DNA of 64,000 nt. Source: Aplysia californica. Taxonomy: Eukaryota. The position numbers were made by a program, and so were the translations under genes. The DNA is taken from the NCBI RefSeq assembly GCF_000002075.1, contig NW_004797721.1:188659-252658 (forward strand), in the 5' to 3' direction. Shown here one piece after another: positions 1 to 14,000 of the stretch (position 1 is its first letter; each line of letters opens with the position of its first letter). Under the pieces are notes generated by a model. It was not told the origin of the DNA, ran no database searches, and saw only the letters and a program-made list of their open reading frames with translations.

Positions 1-3
1 TGT

Positions 4-6
<3 letters not shown>

Positions 7-80
<74 letters not shown>
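7..80. repeat. (GA)n microsatellite
   Basis: Direct inspection. Confidence 0.97.
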
Positions 81-82
<2 letters not shown>

Positions 83-109
83 ATACACAATTAGAGAAAC
101 ACTTATCAA

Positions 110-1550
110 GCTTTACACAATAAAGATGGCACAGCTGATGTTAGGTGTCAAGAGGCTATTGCACACAGGTCTTCAAACATTGAGGAACAGGTTGTAGAGA
201 AGATCAAAGCTTCCCCTGTGTTCTCGTTCCAGCTTGACGAATTAGTTGATGTCGCATCGTGCTCACAGTTACTGGTCTTTGTGAGATACGTGAGATACGT
301 GTTGGAAAAAGATGTGAAAGTAGAATTTTTATTTTGCACTCCACTGGTCACTTCAACAACAGCTGATGATGTCATGAACAAGGTATCCTCATCTTTTGAA
401 AAGGAGGATCTTTAGCGTAAGAATGTGTGGGGCATTTGTACTGATGGTGCCCCAGCCATGATGGGATCTAAGTCGGGCTTTCAGGCAAAAGGGACGGACA
501 AAGCACCACACGCAAAAGGCATTCACTGCATGATACATAGATATGTACTAGCTTGCAAGACTCTCAATCCCACTTTGAAGGAAACATTTGTATCGACTGT
601 TAAGATTGTCAACTACATGAAACGCAGCCCCCTAAATACACGACTGTTCAAGGAACTCTGTTCTGACATGAGTGCAGATCATGAAACACTGCTTTTCTAC
701 ACTCAATCTTCGATGATTATCGAAAGGAAACTTTGTATGTCGGGTCTTCGAGCTGAGAGAGGAGATCAAGTTCTTCCTGGAAGTGCAAGGAAAAGATGAG
801 GTCAGTATGCACTTCTCAAATGATTTGTGGATCCAATGATTTGCCTATAGATCTATGTCTGATGTGTTTGACTACCTCAACAAATTCAACTTGAAACTTC
901 AATGTCAGCAGACACACTTTCTACAGTTTAAATACATTCTGAGTGGCTTTCTTTCAAAAGTTCAGAATTGGCACCGGAAAGTTACAAAGGGAAACATTGC
1001 TATGTTTACCGACCTTTCACAGCTGTCAAATTCAGAGGAGACCTTGTCTGCTGATCTTCAAGTTGATATACCTGCACATTCGAAATCAGTTGGAGATGAG
1101 TTCAAGAACTATTTTCCTGACCTTGACTGTGGTGAAGAAGCTTCTGTGAGAAACCCTTTCACTCATTGCAGATGGCATTCAAGACGAGCTTTCGGAATCA
1201 AGACATGATTCGTCAGCCCGCGACTCGTTTCTTGAGAAATCTCTTGCACAATTTTGGTGTTCACTCAAGGAATTATAACCTTGGGTCAGCAAAACATTTT
1301 GAGTCATTGTCCCATTTGCCTCTACTTACCTTTGCGAAAGTGGATTTTTCAACCCTTGTCCAACTCTAGACAAAAGCAAGGAACAAGCTGGATGTTGCTG
1401 ATGATATATGCGCCTTGCTTTATCCAACACTTCCGTGAGAATTTCAAGACTTGTCGCCGAACTACAGGCACAGCCTGCTCACTAGTTTTTTTCCCCTTTA
1501 AATCAGTGTGCGTGTGTAAGTGTGTCTGTGTGTGTGCGTGCGTGCGTGCA

Positions 1551-1594
<44 letters not shown>

Positions 1595-1872
1595 TGTGTG
1601 TGTGTGTTTTCTCCTTTTTCTCGATTTGTATTTGCTTGAAAGAAATGTGAATGATTTGAAACATGAAAGGTACAGTTATTGCTCTGTATTAACTACGTAA
1701 CGTAGGCCTTATTAATTGTCTCCTGCTGGATTGTACGCATTTCGGGGGGGGGGGGGGGGGGGATTAAAAGGGTGGATTTATTACGTTATTTGGAGGTTGG
1801 GGCATGAGGGGTCGTTTCACTGGCCAAACAATCAAAAGGGGGTCGTGTATTGAAAAAGGTTGAGAACCACTG
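110..1872 (+). mobile_element. Degenerate hAT transposon of the Buster/Charlie (SCAND3/ZBED8-like) group, 3' part
   Basis: Frameshifted transposase with FSFQLDE, GICTDGAPAM, HCMIHR and STYLCESGF motifs; right TIR GGTTGAGAACCACTG ending at 1872, followed by ATCTAAAT (nnnTAnnn Buster-type target site). Confidence 0.9.
1506..1606. repeat. (TG)n/(TGCG)n microsatellite
   Basis: Direct inspection. Confidence 0.95.
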
Positions 1873-1942
1873 ATCTAAATCTTAGCATACCATACACCAA
1901 TATATGAATGTTATTTTCACTTTTTTTTAAAACAACACTTAC

Positions 1943-2025
1943 TTATTGTTTTGATTGACAGAGACATTTTTCCCATCCTCACAGAGTTCCACTGACTTTT
2001 GCTCACCAAACTGCTCTGTCATCAC
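1943..2025 (-). CDS. HERC4: HERC4-like exon 24 (VMTEQFGEQKSVELCEDGKNVSVNQNN)
   Basis: CAG acceptor, GTAAGT donor; HECT L..G.N..V...N motif. Confidence 0.9.
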
Positions 2026-5000
2026 CTGAAGATAAAAAATGAGAGACAAAAATGTTAATCTTCACAATCTCTAATCTTGTGTTATGAAAGGTGGCAAATA
2101 TTGAGCCAACTTATCATAAAACTAAACCCAGAGGCAGAGTGAATATGTTTATCTTTTACCAACAGCTGGAGAAAAAAGACACTTCTGAATAAACATAAAG
2201 ACTCTCACCTCAAAGTACAAGGAGAAGACATCTTCAAACTCATCCCCATCAAAGTCCAGCAGATCTTGTAAACCCCTGTTCAAAAATAGTACACTATGAG
2301 TATGCAAAAGCAAATGGTTAAGGAGCAAAATATACATGTTTTCAAACTTAATATCAAAGGTAAAAAACATTGACGGTACAACTCTGGCCAGTACACAAGA
2401 GTGACATTTCCACTGAAGAACTGTGGCTAATGATTGCAGTTCTAAAGAAATTCACCTAAACTGTACTTTTCACAGGACCTCATCTTATACTAGGAGCAGG
2501 TAAATGAGCAGTCATTTGACAACATTCAGTTTTGTTCACTAGAAATAAAAACCTCTCATTCACTCCATCATCACATTTTTGCACCTTCATGCTCCATGTG
2601 TAAACTCACCAGCTCAGACTCAATTGCAATCACTGAGCACCTACACTCAAAATGGCAAATAAAAATCTGACAAAGTACTACACACTTTTTGTAAAATGTA
2701 ACAGAAGTGTTATTGACTTGAAAGATTTACTGATTACTTTTTGCTAACAGCACAAAGCTCAGAACTTACTTTCCAACATCTGGACTAAGCTCTTTCAAGT
2801 CATCGGCAGTAATTGGCCTGCAAAGAAAGACATAGCGCTAGAAAAAAAATATGAGGAAACAAAAGATTAATAAAAGACAACTATTTCCAAAACAACTTAT
2901 ACTCTAGCATAATTCACTTGGTAAGTATCGAAGCATCTAGACATATCAACTTCACCAATTCCTGAGACAAGTGACACAAAAAAAATTTACGAGGGATGGA
3001 TATGCCCTTGAAAAAGTCAGTATCAAAATATGTTTTGCACACCCATAAGTGTCACTCAGGATCACAGAAATTATTATAGACAGGTGGCTGCTGTGAGCAG
3101 TTTGAGTTATGGTCACTTAGTGAAAATGAATTCTACCGTGGTATACATGAACCATCAACTTCAATACATCAGCTAAAATAAATGACTGGCCACCAGTAAA
3201 ACATTTCATTTCCATCAAAACTGTTGTCACTATCATAAAAGATTTTTTTAAAAACAGCTGCCAACCTGGAATAGTTGTCATCACTAAATAAAACAACACA
3301 AGGGAAAAGAAACAAAAATATTTTAAAAACACACCCCAAAAAAAAACCCCTAACCCAGACAACCAATGGTCACTACTGTAAAACAGACAACACACCTGTC
3401 ATATGACTGTTCGATGTTTGCTGACGACGGCAAAAGTGTGTAATTTACTGGTTGTCGTATAAAGTGTATGCTATGGCAGTGTTCTCATTTCACTGGACAC
3501 TCGCATGTCATTGGGGCAACTGCTGCACTAAGCCCCACATCCCCACGTTTAAAAGGTAGTGCCTAGCCAGACGATCAGCTCAGCTGAATCTCTGCATTGA
3601 CTGAACATACACACTCTGTCTCAGGACGGGTAGGCAGAAATTTTTGTAGCAAGTGACTGCTAGGAGCAGGTTTTGAGGTTAACTTGTCGCAAAAATGGCT
3701 TACCATGGCTACATTGGACAGGAATCACTATGGACCGGTATAGGAAAAACACAAGGGTGCCATGGAACCGTGGCCGTTAGTAAAAGGTAACTGCTATGGA
3801 AAAGTGACCGCTAAAGCAAGTTCAACTGTATCAAAAAAATCACAAAAGGTATATAAATTGAACCGCATAGAAACAGAAAACAGAGGAGGTGGGGGAGGGT
3901 TTAAACATGTGTTAGGGAGAAATGTGCTGACTTTTTTAGTAATTTCTTGTAGAGCGCCAGCGGAAAGTGCAAATCAATGATGGTGAAGTTGTAGATGGCC
4001 AGGCCACACAGAATGCCAATCATACGGAACATGTTGGCCTCTTCAAACGTCTGAAAAGGAGAAGAGTCAGGGGAACTTTTTCAGAGGCCTGAAAACATGA
4101 ACTTAGAAATGTTATAAATTTTGGGCTCTTTTAATATTTTATATGAGTTGAAAACCTGACTAGACACACATGCTTGGACAATATAATGAACACAGTAAAT
4201 GCTTTAACCTTATTTGTTCAAATTTCAAAGCGCAGTCAATGAGCTATGAATCAAATAATGCTCTGTAAAATGTGCTTCACATAATTTATTCAAACTATAT
4301 CAGCTATGATATAACAGGCCAAAAAAATAAATAAATAAGTAACCAGCTATGACTTTTGTCATGGTCAGAAACAATCTCAAAAATAAGTAAAAACATAACT
4401 AATTGAAATGACAAACAACAAGTCAAGAATAATATAATGCTCAGAAATTAAATTTTTTTTAACGAATCATACAGTCACTGAAAGAGAAAAAGAAAAAACT
4501 TATAGCAAGTGACATAGTCCCAAGTCCCCTCCAGTTACCAACAAAAGTGACACCAACGCTAATACACAGTAGAATGTCATGATATGACTAAAATAAAAAG
4601 TACAATAATATGTTCCAATTCTACTTCAGTGTTCTTACGAAGAATGAATTTGATCTTCGAACTACTATTCTGATCCTTACCAACAATAAAACCTCCTATG
4701 AGAATTCATTTTTGCAAGGAAAGAATTGAAACATCATACAAAAAGAAAAGCAAAATTCCTTTACAAAGCCTTCTCGTTAAAAAGTTTTGAGTCTTTTTTC
4801 AAAACAGAAAGTGTGTCATGTACTGTGCTCTTTAACCAAATTTTAACTTTTTACTACATGATATACAGATTTATATAATGATGGACTCATTTTTATTTTG
4901 ATATCCACATGTACTTTGCAATACTCACAGATGGATTGAACCATTGTAAATAGGAATCCTCATCCACATTGAACATGCCGTACTTTGGATCCATCACTTC

Positions 5001-8000
5001 TCGAAGGAGGAGCATGAAGAATTCCTTAAAGAAGACCACCAAAACACAAAATAAGCCAAATGTATCTTGAAAAAGACTTAACTCTTTGAATCCTGAGTTT
5101 TTTTCCACCAGTTCCCGGAGTTTTTTCTACAGTCACTTCAACCTGGTGCACTATGTCTCATTATAATCCAAAAAGCTTGCCTCCAACTTCTAAAAGGCGG
5201 AAACAAAGGCTTAGTGATTACTAAAAAACTTAGTGTCGGAATAGTTCCAAAAAACAAGCAAAAACTAGCACTAAATAAAACGAAACAGTTATCACTAGTA
5301 CTGGACGCTCCCAGCGTCCGATGGGGAACAAGGTTATTACCACCGGACGCTCCTAGAGTTAATGAGACATCAATCTTTAGAGATACAAAACAAATGTCAG
5401 TGACATTTTTTACCACTAGAAGAAAAGGAATCAACTGAGGTCTTCCTATCTTCTTGTAAACAACAATGATACCTGTCAATAAAACAAAATAAGAAGAGTT
5501 CGCTTTTGTTCTTATCTCAAAGCCCTTCATCTTGATTAAAGCATTCATGTCAAACAAATGTAACGGATTAGTGTAGACAATGTTTTCATCAGATTTTTCC
5601 TATAATTGTACTGAGTTTAACATATACAACACTGTTGCCCTGAAATTCTCATTCTAAAGCCACAACTCATGAGCTAAAAGCTCCAATCAGCAGTTATTTC
5701 AGCCGTCTGTCTAACACACTACTGCTTTGAAATTTCGATGCTATAGCACTACATGTTTACAAACTGATCACTACTTAAAAAGGCAGCATTTCTGAATAGT
5801 AGCAAAACCCCTGAACTCACACATAAGGCTGTCCCCAGAGAAAGTTACGTTTGGAAATAGCAAAAGTAGAAAAAAAGTTGCAAGAAAAATTAGCCAAAGT
5901 TGCAAGAAAAGTTGTAAGACGTGAAAACTAAACAAATGTCATGGAATACATTGTTGGTACGCTCATTGCAATCAAAGTAATCAATATAAGTTTTGTTCGA
6001 TCAAAATCAAAAGTAAATGTGAATGTCTGCAAAAAAAACTGGACTGTGTCCCATGACACATGTGTCAGGTTCTTAAACTCTCGCTGACGTTGGGCAGGTG
6101 AGACCAGCATGGTGTGCTTAGGGGTTTTCTTGATGAATCAATCCATGTCTACATCTACCCTCCTAGCCTAGATTTAAAGTCTTTCACAAATACTAGATCT
6201 ACCTACCTGGTCCTAAAGAACCAAATGGCAGGTAAGTAATCAAACTATTGTGTTACGAATTACTGCAGATCAAGATCTAGCTAGAAGATGATGATTCAGT
6301 CCAAGTGAATGCCTCTCTCTCTCTCTCTCAACAATCCCCTTCTTAAACGTGTAAACAGGACTACAAAAAAATAATGCAACAGATTCCTCCTATCAAACGT
6401 TGTATAGCAGCCGTCTCTGCACCCACACACCACGCAAGGACAGTAACGGAAAGTGGAGCAAAAAAATCCATATCGCATGCGCTATTTTTTAACATTGTCC
6501 ATTGATAAGCAGACCACACTCTTCCCCTTGAACAAGCACAAACTAGATGAACATATGCAATTTCGTTTTCTCAGAACTGGCACACACGTGCTTCCGTGTT
6601 CTCAAAACAAGCCACAATGGATGACGAGAGGTTGATTTCCTTAGTTAAAGAACGACCTGTTTTGTTTGACAAAGTGCATCCCAAATATTCTTCGCCTAAT
6701 CATTCCCATTGCTCAAAAATAAGATAAATCCAAAATCCGCAGAGCTTTAGATATAGTTTTCTCTTGTACTACATCACAAAAATATTTTTTGCTTGCTATT
6801 AAGCGCCATCGTATTGGCTTACTGTGACAGATTTTTTACGGACCCTGTGGGTTTACAATTACGCACAGAAACAGACAGATTCTGACGAAACTTTTTCCAA
6901 TGCAAAATGTTCGTGGTCCGGGCAGGTACCCTTAGGAAACAAAAAAGTGGTATTTCTGGTATGAATTGTCCTTCTTGGCGTCATTATTTTTATTTCGATT
7001 ATTAACATAATTTTACTATTATTTTCCCAACTTTTGCAGAAAATTGGCTAAAGTTCACGAACTCACGAAAATTGGCAAAAGTTGCGTGCGTAAGTTGCAG
7101 GTTGCTAATGCGAATTCCTCTGAGGACAGATTAGGACTTACCTTTCGCACTCCACCTTCATCCACAGCTTCCTCTCCTTTAAACACCACCTGAGAATAGA
7201 ATAAAAGAGAAAAACAAAGATTTAAAAGCCTTTCCATTTAGCTAAAGGACTAAAATCAACACAACCTAAACAGCAGAGAAGGGACTGTAAAATTAGAAAA
7301 GTCAAAATGCTGTGGGGTTACGAGGTTCATTTTTGACAAAAAGTGGTTTTTGTTCAACAGACTTGCATTAAAGAGAGCTAAACAGACGACAAAATAGACC
7401 AAACCTGGGGGAAAGTTGTGCTGTACAAGAGCCTAGGCAAGAAAAAAAATGTCAACTTAAAGAGGAACATAGTCATGTATTTCTTATTTTGAACACAGCA
7501 GACAACAAGACACAAATACAAGTACAAAACAGAATCAATATTGAGAAGTTTCTTGAGATAAGAATTGGGTTTGTTCCGTATTCATGAAAATGAGTCCATC
7601 AGCAATATATATATAAATTACAAAATGACAACTCACCTTGAGGGGTTTCTTGAGGTCGGCACTGAGCTTACTCTGCAGCTGTAGCAGGGTGTCTTGGACC
7701 AGGTTGTTCCGATCCACAAACAGAACCAGGCACGGGTTCACTGGGTCAAACTGAGGTGGAGGCATGCTCATGCCTGTGAACATCTGGAGCAGGTGCTGGG
7801 CGCCCCGAAAGTTCTGTCGCTGAACACTCTCAATGGCGTTCTGAGGGTGGCAGTTTGAGTTAAGGACAGAAAGAAAGTAAACACCATTCTTGTTGTATCC
7901 TTTAGGAAATTGTACTTACAAAGGTGTATAGACCATTGTGGTAACTACCATACATATTATTTGTCTGCTGTTTTCTACTTTCATAGAAAAACATGCTGCA

Positions 8001-11000
8001 GTAGAGGGTAGAGAGCATTTTGTGACTCACGTTGACGCAGATTGACTGGAGTCTGTGGTGTAACAACAGTTAAGCTCTTCACCATTGCAACGAGATGTCA
8101 ATTTGATTCTCGCATGGGGAAGTTTATTTCATCAAGCATCTCCATCTATATGCTGGGATGTTGCATCCCAGTCTGACTTTGTTGGCCTTGACAGGCAGGA
8201 TCAAAGCATTCTGCCATCTAAATTATCTAAATCGTGTCAACAAAGGCGTAAAACATTTGAAATAAAATCTTGAACGACCACAACAGAATGAACAGTCGTA
8301 CACATTCTTTTGTGCCTGGCTGCCCACCAAGAGCAAACACTCACATTGGTTGGTGCCAAGAGTCAGCTCTCGACTCAATTGTAATGGCCAGTTGCCTTGT
8401 CTGATAGGCCCCTTATCGTCTATGCGCTTTTTTCTAAGCCAGTTCTCATTGACAAAGTCCCTGTTACAATGGCCTATAGTCCTACCATAAGACAATGGTC
8501 AGCACTAAAAAAAAGAGTGAACTGTGTGTGAAATACTAGAAAAATGGCCACCACGACTTCATCCACAACATAGTGCAAATACATCCAAAGCATACAAAAC
8601 AACATATTTACTAAGCAAAAACTTTTTTTTTAAACAACAGCCTCCAACAGTTTCAAACTGGTAGCTATCTGGGCTCACAGATAAGCAAACTGGCAAGAAG
8701 AGTCACTCAGTGCTGGCAAAAAAACGAAATAAGATCAACGGATAGTGGGATAGAATAAAAGTAGGGCCTAACACACTCAGAGAATATGTATGCAAAAACG
8801 GTGAAATGGTATGGTTTTAATGCCCCTATCAATACTATTATTATTTAATTTAAGAGGCAGGACCTCCACGTTCAGCGTCCGTCTCCGAAAGGACCGAGCC
8901 AAGTGGGAAGTTCATGTAAAGTGCCTTTCCCAAGGACACAACGCCGGACCGAGCTCAGACTTGAACCCTCGAATCCGCAATCTCACCACCTGAATATGTA
9001 TGCAAAAGCAAAAACAAGTCACATTCAATCATTTACTGATTAAGGACAGACAACTCACCCTCATTTGCAGAGCGGCATCTGTCTGAAGCAGGACACTTTT
9101 GGCCGCTCCATCAAACAGGAAGGGGTAGTTGCAGAAGTAGAGACCCTGAAACATTGAAGCATAAAGCATAAAAAAGTGTAACATACGAAATAGAATAACA
9201 TTAAATTAGAAACAATAATGTGGTTTAAAAAAAAAAAAAATTATGCCAAAATTCAGAGAGCAGAAATAAATAAGCAATAAATATTAAAGCAAAACAATAT
9301 CTCTAATCAAAAATAAAACTGTTGATAGAACATGCAAAAAATATTTTCAAAACAAATTTACTCAAATATAATAGGTCCAATCAGCAGCTAGGCTATGACT
9401 TCTGAAAATGAAAGGTACTGGAAATGAGAAATCAGACTAAGCAGACCATCAAATTGCTTCAAGACAGTTTATCGAGTTTGAATTACACTGAAAAATATCA
9501 ACTGAGTATTGGTCATTTAGTGCTGGGAATAAGCGAGACAAACAGTAGTCAACAGAGGCATAGTAATAATAATAGTTCATCCGTTATGAACCTGGTTCAA
9601 TTGCCCCAAATCAATTATCTGTCTTTCAATGACCAATCAAAAACAAGGATTTGAGGGGGAGGGGGTGGTTCTTATTCTAACACAACAAAATTGTGTTTGA
9701 AAAATTGAGAACAATTTATTTTCCCCTCAGTGTTGACGCACACAACATCAATAGGGCTCCTCTAGCCTTGGAATTGTTGTTCTTTTCACAAATAGAAGAT
9801 GAATGGATTCTACATTGCACTTTGACCAAGGCCACTTCTGACAGATACACAATCACTAATCAGGGAGAGCTTCACAGCTCATGGGACATTTCATTAGTCA
9901 GCTCACTGTTAACCATGCCAGCTTCTGCTGGGCAGATCTTAGCACACACACTGACAAGCCTGACTTTCCTACCAGACCAAATCCTGCATGCCCAAATAGA
10001 GAAAAAGTGTCAACCAAGCTTAACTACAACAAAGGTAGAAAACACTCATTGCAATCTGCAAGAAAAGAAAACTATGACACTCAAGAAATTATGTAAAGCT
10101 AAATCCAGAAAACTCCAGACAGCAAGAGGAATACATCTATTCTTAATTCTCTCAGTGCCAATCACCTATAAATCATTGACATACAGAGTCATGTTTTGTG
10201 TCAAACCATGGTCTATTGACTATAGGGTAATCTATCCTTTATTTCGTTCTTTTTTTTTTTACGGGAACTATTTACATTAACTCTCATTTACACATTTTTG
10301 TTGGAACACAAGAGTCAGTGTTGATTTCTGGGAAGAAATAAGTTCAGACACTGGCCTCCCCCTACCTCATATTCAATATGAAACATACTGGCCTTGCACA
10401 AACTTTTTGACAATGAAAGAGTAAAGCGAACAAGCGATGAAACAGGAAGGAGGAAAATCTATCGATTCTTTTAATCCAAAATAGTTGGAGAAATTGACTT
10501 TCCTATCTACTTATTATAAATTAATGAGCTATAGGCATAATTGCAAAAAAGAAAATGTTACAATTCCTAAAACCTTGACGTGAGCCAAATCACTATAAAG
10601 AAAATACATCTTGAATTTGTAAGCTGCAGAAACATCAGAGCCTACACTTATTAAATATTATGTGACTGCAACAAAGCATTTTTATTACTGCACTGTACAT
10701 CCAACATCTAGGAATTTCTTCTGAACAAGAATGCCTCAACTCAGAGATACTGGAGGGGAACATTTCACTAGGAAATTATGACCTTCAGAGAAAGGAAAAC
10801 TATAAGAATGTTGATGAGGCCACAACTGCCCACTGCTTGGGAACATTTGGAGAGAGAGAACATACCTTTAAAGCAGAAGCAACTTTGAACAAATATACTT
10901 TAAAAAATCAAATTCTACACACTTAAATGTGAATAAGCTGACACTTATGTCATTGTGGAAAAGAGTAATGTGCAATAAGTTTTACTTTAAAAATAACAAC

Positions 11001-14000
11001 TCTTTGAAAAAAAAAAGTTCCAAAGATTGTGTTAATTCAAGATGAATGGATCCATCTTCCTCTAGAACAAAAATGGGGGGAAAAGGGAAGAGTTCATGGC
11101 CTCGGATAGTGCAGTGTATTTAGAGTTAGTAATGAACAAATATGCCAAGTGTAAAAATAGCGTGCCGAAAACAAACGACAAAAAAAGTGCAAACCAAACA
11201 TTGCGAGCTCAATCAAAGCCTCCTTGTGATTTAGTCGCACACACCTGGACAGCAAAACCCCCCACCTGAGTGCGACGGTGCGTGTGCTGCACCCAGCTGA
11301 TGTAGTCCTCTCTGATGTTCACTCGCTCTTTCAACTCGGGCACATAGAACTTGTGGTACGGGATGATCTGGTGATTTTCTTCATTGACCTGAACAGAGAG
11401 GGACAAATCAGATTGATAATATTTCATGCAATTTGAATAGAGTGTAAAAGGAGCCCATAAAAATTTTAAATGTCATTTAATGTTGGGAAAAAGCAAAATA
11501 TGGCTGACAAAGCAACAAAAAGATAGCAAAGAAGTAGGACTTATAGATGGTTCATTTCTGTCTGTCCTCGTTGAAAAAAATTCTAACTCATTTAATAATT
11601 TGCCAACGCACATAAAACTGTGCATGGTGTCAGGTAGGCCAGTGACTAAACAAAAACAAATTTTTTTAAAATCTCGATCTAGTAATAAAAAAGTTTCTTT
11701 ATTTGAGCCCTATATTAAAAACCGCCCTTTAGGTGCATACACTGGATCACTAAATTACATAATTTACAATAACCTGGCAAAAAAATTGCTAGTTTTAGAG
11801 ACAGCAACACTACTCTGCCCCACACATTTCAGTGTAAGCTTGTAGATTTTTTTTCCCCAAGACTGTCTCAACATTTCCACATGAGTCTTGAAAATAATCA
11901 CCCATCTGTTGGACTGTTTCATACGCATGTGTGATAAAAAAGGGTAAACTTAATGTTTTAGGTGTATGCTATTATTATTTTTTTGGACCTGCTTTAAGTT
12001 AACATCAAAGAAAATTATTACGTCAAAACATAATTTAAGCTATATATGCCTATTATAGAATATATGGATAATATAAATTCATTACAGCTCTCTAAAAAAA
12101 ACTGTTCATAAGATGAAATAAATAGAACAGAAAACAAAAACAATAAACTTTCAGAAGACAAAAACATACAAACAAGTATTTACAACACAACAACTTACTG
12201 CATACAGCTTCTGCAACATTTCCATGCATGAAAACAGCCCACTTTGCCTCCTGCTAACCTGTGAGGATTGAGAATTCTGCTATTACAGCTAGAGTTTATG
12301 TATATCTATGCACTTACCAAATAAATCTGATGTGCACCGTAAATCCTTCATAGACAAAGGCCGTCCCAGAATTAACAGGAAAATGGTCATATTTAACCCC
12401 TTGACTGCTAACCATAAGTCCACCGCGTGTGCTATGGAAATTTCCACAGCGGCAGTGTATGACACTGTCTGCTTTTTGAATGGCAATAGCTCGCTTACTA
12501 TAAGGACTAGATATAGCAAATACATCAAATAAAAGAGAAATGAACATACAATCCTTTGGTGTTACTCATTTTTAGGTATAAGTATTCTTTAGAAGAATTT
12601 GACAGGTGAAAGTGAGATTTTTTAAAATTCCATCTCTGTATTCGAGATCCCTGTCATCTTGGAAATTAGATTTATGACACAAACTTTCTTCATTCAGATG
12701 AATTGAAATCTTTGTGATCACTGTCTGCATCTCGCTAAATATCTGCAATAACCTGATCCGTAGACCTAGTCAGCCTTTGCGAAGCCATCGTGGCGAATGT
12801 AGACTGCACGCAAAACCTCAGACTGACTTCGTCATTTGCATAAAACACACTACACACCATGTCTCTTTGTTTTAGTTACTAGGGCCTAAATTCGAATCCC
12901 AGGACTATTAGCCTAAAAATAGGCAGGATCGCATCAGCAAGTGGACAGAGAATACAGGGATGGATGTAACTCTTGTGATTCAAAACTGTGTAGAAGCGAA
13001 GATTGCGTGAAACAGTGTTTTTTTCAGGCGCACCAGGTACACCCACAGCGCACACGGGAGTGAATTAAGGTAAGCCCACAGAACAGGCAATAACTAATAC
13101 TTTTTTAACACTCTATCACGAGTTTTTAGTAGCCTAGTTCAAAGAAATTCTCATCTGGGAGCAGCACTAAAATGAACAAAATGAATGCAATCCTTTTACT
13201 ACACCACAACAAAAATGACAGTCAGTATACTGTAATTTGGTTTCTTCACACAATTGGGAAAAAACCCACTGAAATTCAGGCAGAAATAAAAAATACTTTC
13301 AGCGAAAATTTTCTAAGAACATAAAAAGTCTACCAAGGGCACCATTTATTTAAAAGAGGGGAATACAAATTTACAGGAAGAGCAAGTAAGAGGCTGTCAT
13401 CTGTCTGCTAACAGAGCAAAAATGCTGAATGCATTGAAAAACTCATTTGTGATGATAGGAGGTTCAGAATTGCTGATGCCCTAAAACTTTCTAATGAGCT
13501 GGGATACAGATAATTGTCAACTCAGTGGGTTCCAAAACACTTGGCAGATGACCAAAAGGCACAGCACATCAATGTCTTCAGGAGCATTGTTGGAACGATG
13601 CTGGCAAAAAGCACATGACAACACGGGGCCTGGGCTGGCTGGTGACTTCCAAGAGCTTAATGAAGTTTTGGATCACAGTCCTGATCTTGTCCCTTCAGAC
13701 TTCCATTTGTTTGGACCAGCTCAACAATGTCTATCTGAGAAGAAACTCACTGATGACACAAACCTAGTACAGTAGTCTCCGCCTAAGATCCCGGTGTTCG
13801 GGAGCAAGGAAATGCGGGATCTTAGGCGAACCAGGATCTTAACCGACGAATCCATGGAAGAATCTATGGTGACCCATGCTAAGGCTCACAATCGGTAAAA
13901 TGGTCTCCCTCCACTCTAAAATGAACTGACGTGACCGCTTGGTGGGTTTATTCACAGTGCATAGTGGGATGAGGCATGCTATTTTCACTTAAAATCCTAT

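Noticed and set aside
3390-3830. Possible old SINE or hammerhead-like CTGACGA motif
   Set aside because: No GAAA core or helices for a hammerhead; no TSD or second copy to support repeat boundaries.
9693-10280. 195-aa ORF
   Set aside because: No recognisable motif, non-ATG start, antisense within a HERC4 intron; treated as a chance ORF.
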